NCBI GenBank assembly: GCA_964540635.1
Contig: CAZINP010000001.1
Span: forward strand, 171,263 to 235,262
Length of the DNA stretch: 64,000 nucleotides
Direction of reading: 5' to 3'
DNA from: an uncultured Gammaproteobacteria bacterium
Lineage (GTDB): Bacteria > Patescibacteriota > Patescibacteriia > Buchananbacterales > UBA6539
Below the pieces are notes generated by a model, which made no database searches, was not told the origin of the DNA, and saw only the letters and a list, made by a program, of their open reading frames with translations. Positions 61,408 through 64,000 of the stretch are shown in pieces. Each line of letters begins with the position of its first letter. Position 1 is the first letter of the stretch. Position numbers and translations under genes: made by a program.

Positions 61408-63078
61408 TTATTTTAGAATCATTTTATCTTGCTCCAGTTTGAGTTGAGCCATGGTTTTAGGGGTCCATTTTTCCCGGCTTAAAACTTTTGAAATCCAATG
61501 GCCACCCAAAAAATGGGGCATCATAACAAAGTTAGCACCGTGATCATATAATGTTTTTGCATCATTTTTATGATAAGCATTGGCGATGATTAATATTTTT
61601 TTATTCGTTGACCTGACAAATTCAATCAAATTTATTTGATCATCCACGGTGGGGATGGTCATGATAACAATTCTGCTTTGGGCCAGCGAAAGCTCTTGGA
61701 GGAATTCAATATCAGCAATGTCGCCAAAATAAAAAGGAATTTTTTCTTTTCGCAGTTTGTCAGCGGCGGTTGGGTCAAAATCAATTACGGCATAACTTTT
61801 TTTAAGTTTGGCCAAAGCCTCGCCAACTTTAATGCCGATGCGGTGATAGCCGACAATCCACGCGTCAAATTTTTTGTTTGTTTTTTCAACTTGTTGATAT
61901 TTGTCTGAGCCGAATAATCTGAATAGGGGTAAAAGAAATCGATAAATTTTTTCGTTGTAATAAATTAAATAGGAAGAAATAAAAATGGTGCTGATGGCCA
62001 CGGCTGTAAAAATTGGGATTTCTTGGCCGCTTAGGTGTCCTGATTGTCGGCCGGCAAAAAGTAAAACAAAACCGAATTCGCTGACTTGTGCAGCCGTTAA
62101 GCCGGCCAGAAAGCTGTTGCGTCTGGTAAATTTAAGAAGTCTGAACAAAATGTAAAGAATAAGCGGATTGCCAATTAGAATAAAAATCGACAATATTATG
62201 CCGGGAATTAAAACGCTTTCCAGGGAGCTAAAACTCATTTCGCTGCCCAAAACAATAAAAAATAAAATTAAAAAGAAATCCCTAAGAGGTTTGATGCGGC
62301 TGCCGATTTGTAATTGATAGGGTGAGGAGCTAAGAGCAATGCCGGAAATAATTGCACCAATCTCCAATGAAAATCCGAGCCAAAAAAGCAAGCTGGCAAT
62401 CCCAAAGCACCAGGTTAAAGTAAAAAGAAATAATAACTCGCTGGTTTGGGCAATTTTATCTAAAATTTTTGGCAGCAGGTATTTGCTGATTAAAAATAGG
62501 ATAAAAGCAGCCGCTAAGATTTTTAGCAATAATAAAGCGGCAATCTCCCAACTGCCACCGGTATCATTTTTAAATATTCCCAGGGCAACAACCAAAATAA
62601 CAGCGATTACGTCTTGGACCAGCATCAAACCAATGGTGTAGCGGCCATAAACCGTATCAGTATCTTTTTTGTCAGAAAGCAATTTCATGATAACAATGGT
62701 GCTGGAAAAAGTCATGGCCAGGGCCAGATAGCCGGCAACAATCAGCGGCATTTTTAGGGCAAGTAAAATTATTATCCCAAAAACAGAAGTAAAAATTACC
62801 TGGCCCAAGCCGGTAATTAATGAAACGCGGCCGATTGATTTTAGCTGTTTAAAGTTTAAATTTAGACCGATGATAAATAAAAGTAGAATTACGCCAAATT
62901 GAGCAAAAGCTTCGTAGAGTTTATGATCGCCGTGCAAAAGATTTAAAATAAATGGCCCGCAGACAATACCGGCAAAAATATAAGCAATGATTAATGGCTG
63001 CTTAATCAGCCTGATGATAAAAGTAATGCCAACGGCAATTGTCAGAAGTAAACTGATTTGTATAAAAATGCTGTCCAT
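61408..63078 (-). CDS. CPA2/Kef-type cation:proton antiporter with TrkA-N domain
   Basis: LLF.IGL, FSST, QD, QVSEF; C-terminal G.HR.G...GD. Confidence 0.9.
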   Translation of the reverse strand: MDSIFIQISLLLTIAVGITFIIRLIKQPLIIAYIFAGIVCGPFILNLLHGDHKLYEAFAQFGVILLLFIIGLNLNFKQLKSIGRVSLITGLGQVIFTSVFGIIILLALKMPLIVAGYLALAMTFSSTIVIMKLLSDKKDTDTVYGRYTIGLMLVQDVIAVILVVALGIFKNDTGGSWEIAALLLLKILAAAFILFLISKYLLPKILDKIAQTSELLFLFTLTWCFGIASLLFWLGFSLEIGAIISGIALSSSPYQLQIGSRIKPLRDFFLILFFIVLGSEMSFSSLESVLIPGIILSIFILIGNPLILYILFRLLKFTRRNSFLAGLTAAQVSEFGFVLLFAGRQSGHLSGQEIPIFTAVAISTIFISSYLIYYNEKIYRFLLPLFRLFGSDKYQQVEKTNKKFDAWIVGYHRIGIKVGEALAKLKKSYAVIDFDPTAADKLRKEKIPFYFGDIADIEFLQELSLAQSRIVIMTIPTVDDQINLIEFVRSTNKKILIIANAYHKNDAKTLYDHGANFVMMPHFLGGHWISKVLSREKWTPKTMAQLKLEQDKMILK

Positions 63079-63081
63079 ATA

Positions 63082-63300
63082 TTACAGTTTTTCAATTTCT
63101 TTTAGATCTTTGTCGGGAAAGTATAAAATTGCCAGACCAATGATTGTTCCAAAAAATCCCGACCAAAAATGATTGCCGTTTAAATAAAAGAAGTCAACAG
63201 CGTCTAATACATACCAAATTCCACGCCAAACTAAAACAAAGCCAACAACCGTTGAAAGATTTTTGGCCAGGTAATTTAAAGTTAAAATTTTTTTGCGCAT
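63082..63300 (-). CDS. Small membrane protein
   Basis: WRGIW..LD motif, two TM segments. Confidence 0.7.
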   Translation of the reverse strand: MRKKILTLNYLAKNLSTVVGFVLVWRGIWYVLDAVDFFYLNGNHFWSGFFGTIIGLAILYFPDKDLKEIEKL

Positions 63301-63398
63301 ATTTTTATTTTTATATTATTAATTTTAACAAAAAAAATTAAAAAAAGCCATTTTTAATAAAAAAACACCGCCGTTTGATCAGGCGGTGTTTCAAAATA

Positions 63399-63980
63399 TT
63401 ATTTATTGGTGAGAATTTTATCAATGATACCGTATTTTTTTGCTTCTTCGGCCGACATAAAGTGGTCCCTATCGGTATCTTTGTCGATTTTGGATAAATT
63501 TTGGTTTGTATGTTTGGCCAAAATTTGATCCAACCGACTTTTGATTTTCAGAATATGCTCGGCCCTGATTTTAATATCGGTTGCTTGGCCCTCGGCACCA
63601 CCCATAACCTGATGAATCATCACTTCGGCGTTGGGTAGAGCAATGCGCTTGCCTTTTGTGCCAGCGGCCAGCAAAACGGCGGCCATGGAGGCGGCGGTGC
63701 CGACGCACAAAGTGGTGATGTCGGGCTTTACGTATTGCATCGTATCATAAATTGCCAAACCGGCCGTGACAGAGCCGCCGGGAGAATTGATGTAGAGCTT
63801 AATATCTTTTTTGCTGTCTTCACTTTCTAAAAATAAAAGCTGGGCAATAACAGTATTGGCCACCGAATCATCAATGGCTGAACCCAAAAAAATTATTCTT
63901 TCTTTGAGTAGGCGAGAATAAATGTCATAGGCTCTTTCGCCATAAGTTGATTTTTCAATTACAGTTGGGATTAAATGCAT
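63399..63980 (-). CDS. clpP: ATP-dependent Clp protease proteolytic subunit
   Basis: [25 protein letters not shown]. Confidence 0.97.
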   Translation of the reverse strand: MHLIPTVIEKSTYGERAYDIYSRLLKERIIFLGSAIDDSVANTVIAQLLFLESEDSKKDIKLYINSPGGSVTAGLAIYDTMQYVKPDITTLCVGTAASMAAVLLAAGTKGKRIALPNAEVMIHQVMGGAEGQATDIKIRAEHILKIKSRLDQILAKHTNQNLSKIDKDTDRDHFMSAEEAKKYGIIDKILTNK

Positions 63981-64000
63981 ATTGGTAATTTTTAGTAAAT

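Overview
A 64-kb, AT-rich bacterial chromosome segment. Gene content and style point by inference to Patescibacteria/CPR (Parcubacteria-like): core genes mostly lack Shine-Dalgarno sites, gyrA stands without gyrB, and there are type IV pilus ATPases, many large surface proteins and tRNAs without encoded CCA. Core genes include guaB/guaA, pflAB, tsaDE, ftsH, rpsA, gyrA, rpmF-nusB-rnc-pilT, rny, clpP and three tRNAs (Leu-TAG, Glu-TTC, Arg-TCG). Highlights: (1) a DRT2/UG2-type reverse transcriptase beside tRNA-Glu, with an upstream ~300-nt ncRNA whose 135-nt internal segment would, when concatenated, rebuild a 17-bp-spaced sigma70 promoter and a stop-free 45-aa repeat ORF (a hidden neo-like gene); (2) an unexplained ~850-nt structured non-coding region after tRNA-Leu that carries an identical 23-mer at the tips of two hairpins, complementary to a predicted ~90-nt RNA 2.2 kb away; (3) an AT-rich island of three stand-alone HisKA_7TM-like receptors, an unknown enzyme and a 7TM histidine kinase; (4) a SAM-I riboswitch upstream of an orphan 4xCxxC protein; (5) further orphan structured RNAs and unannotated micropeptides. 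All family calls rest on motif recognition by eye; no searches or folding programs were run.
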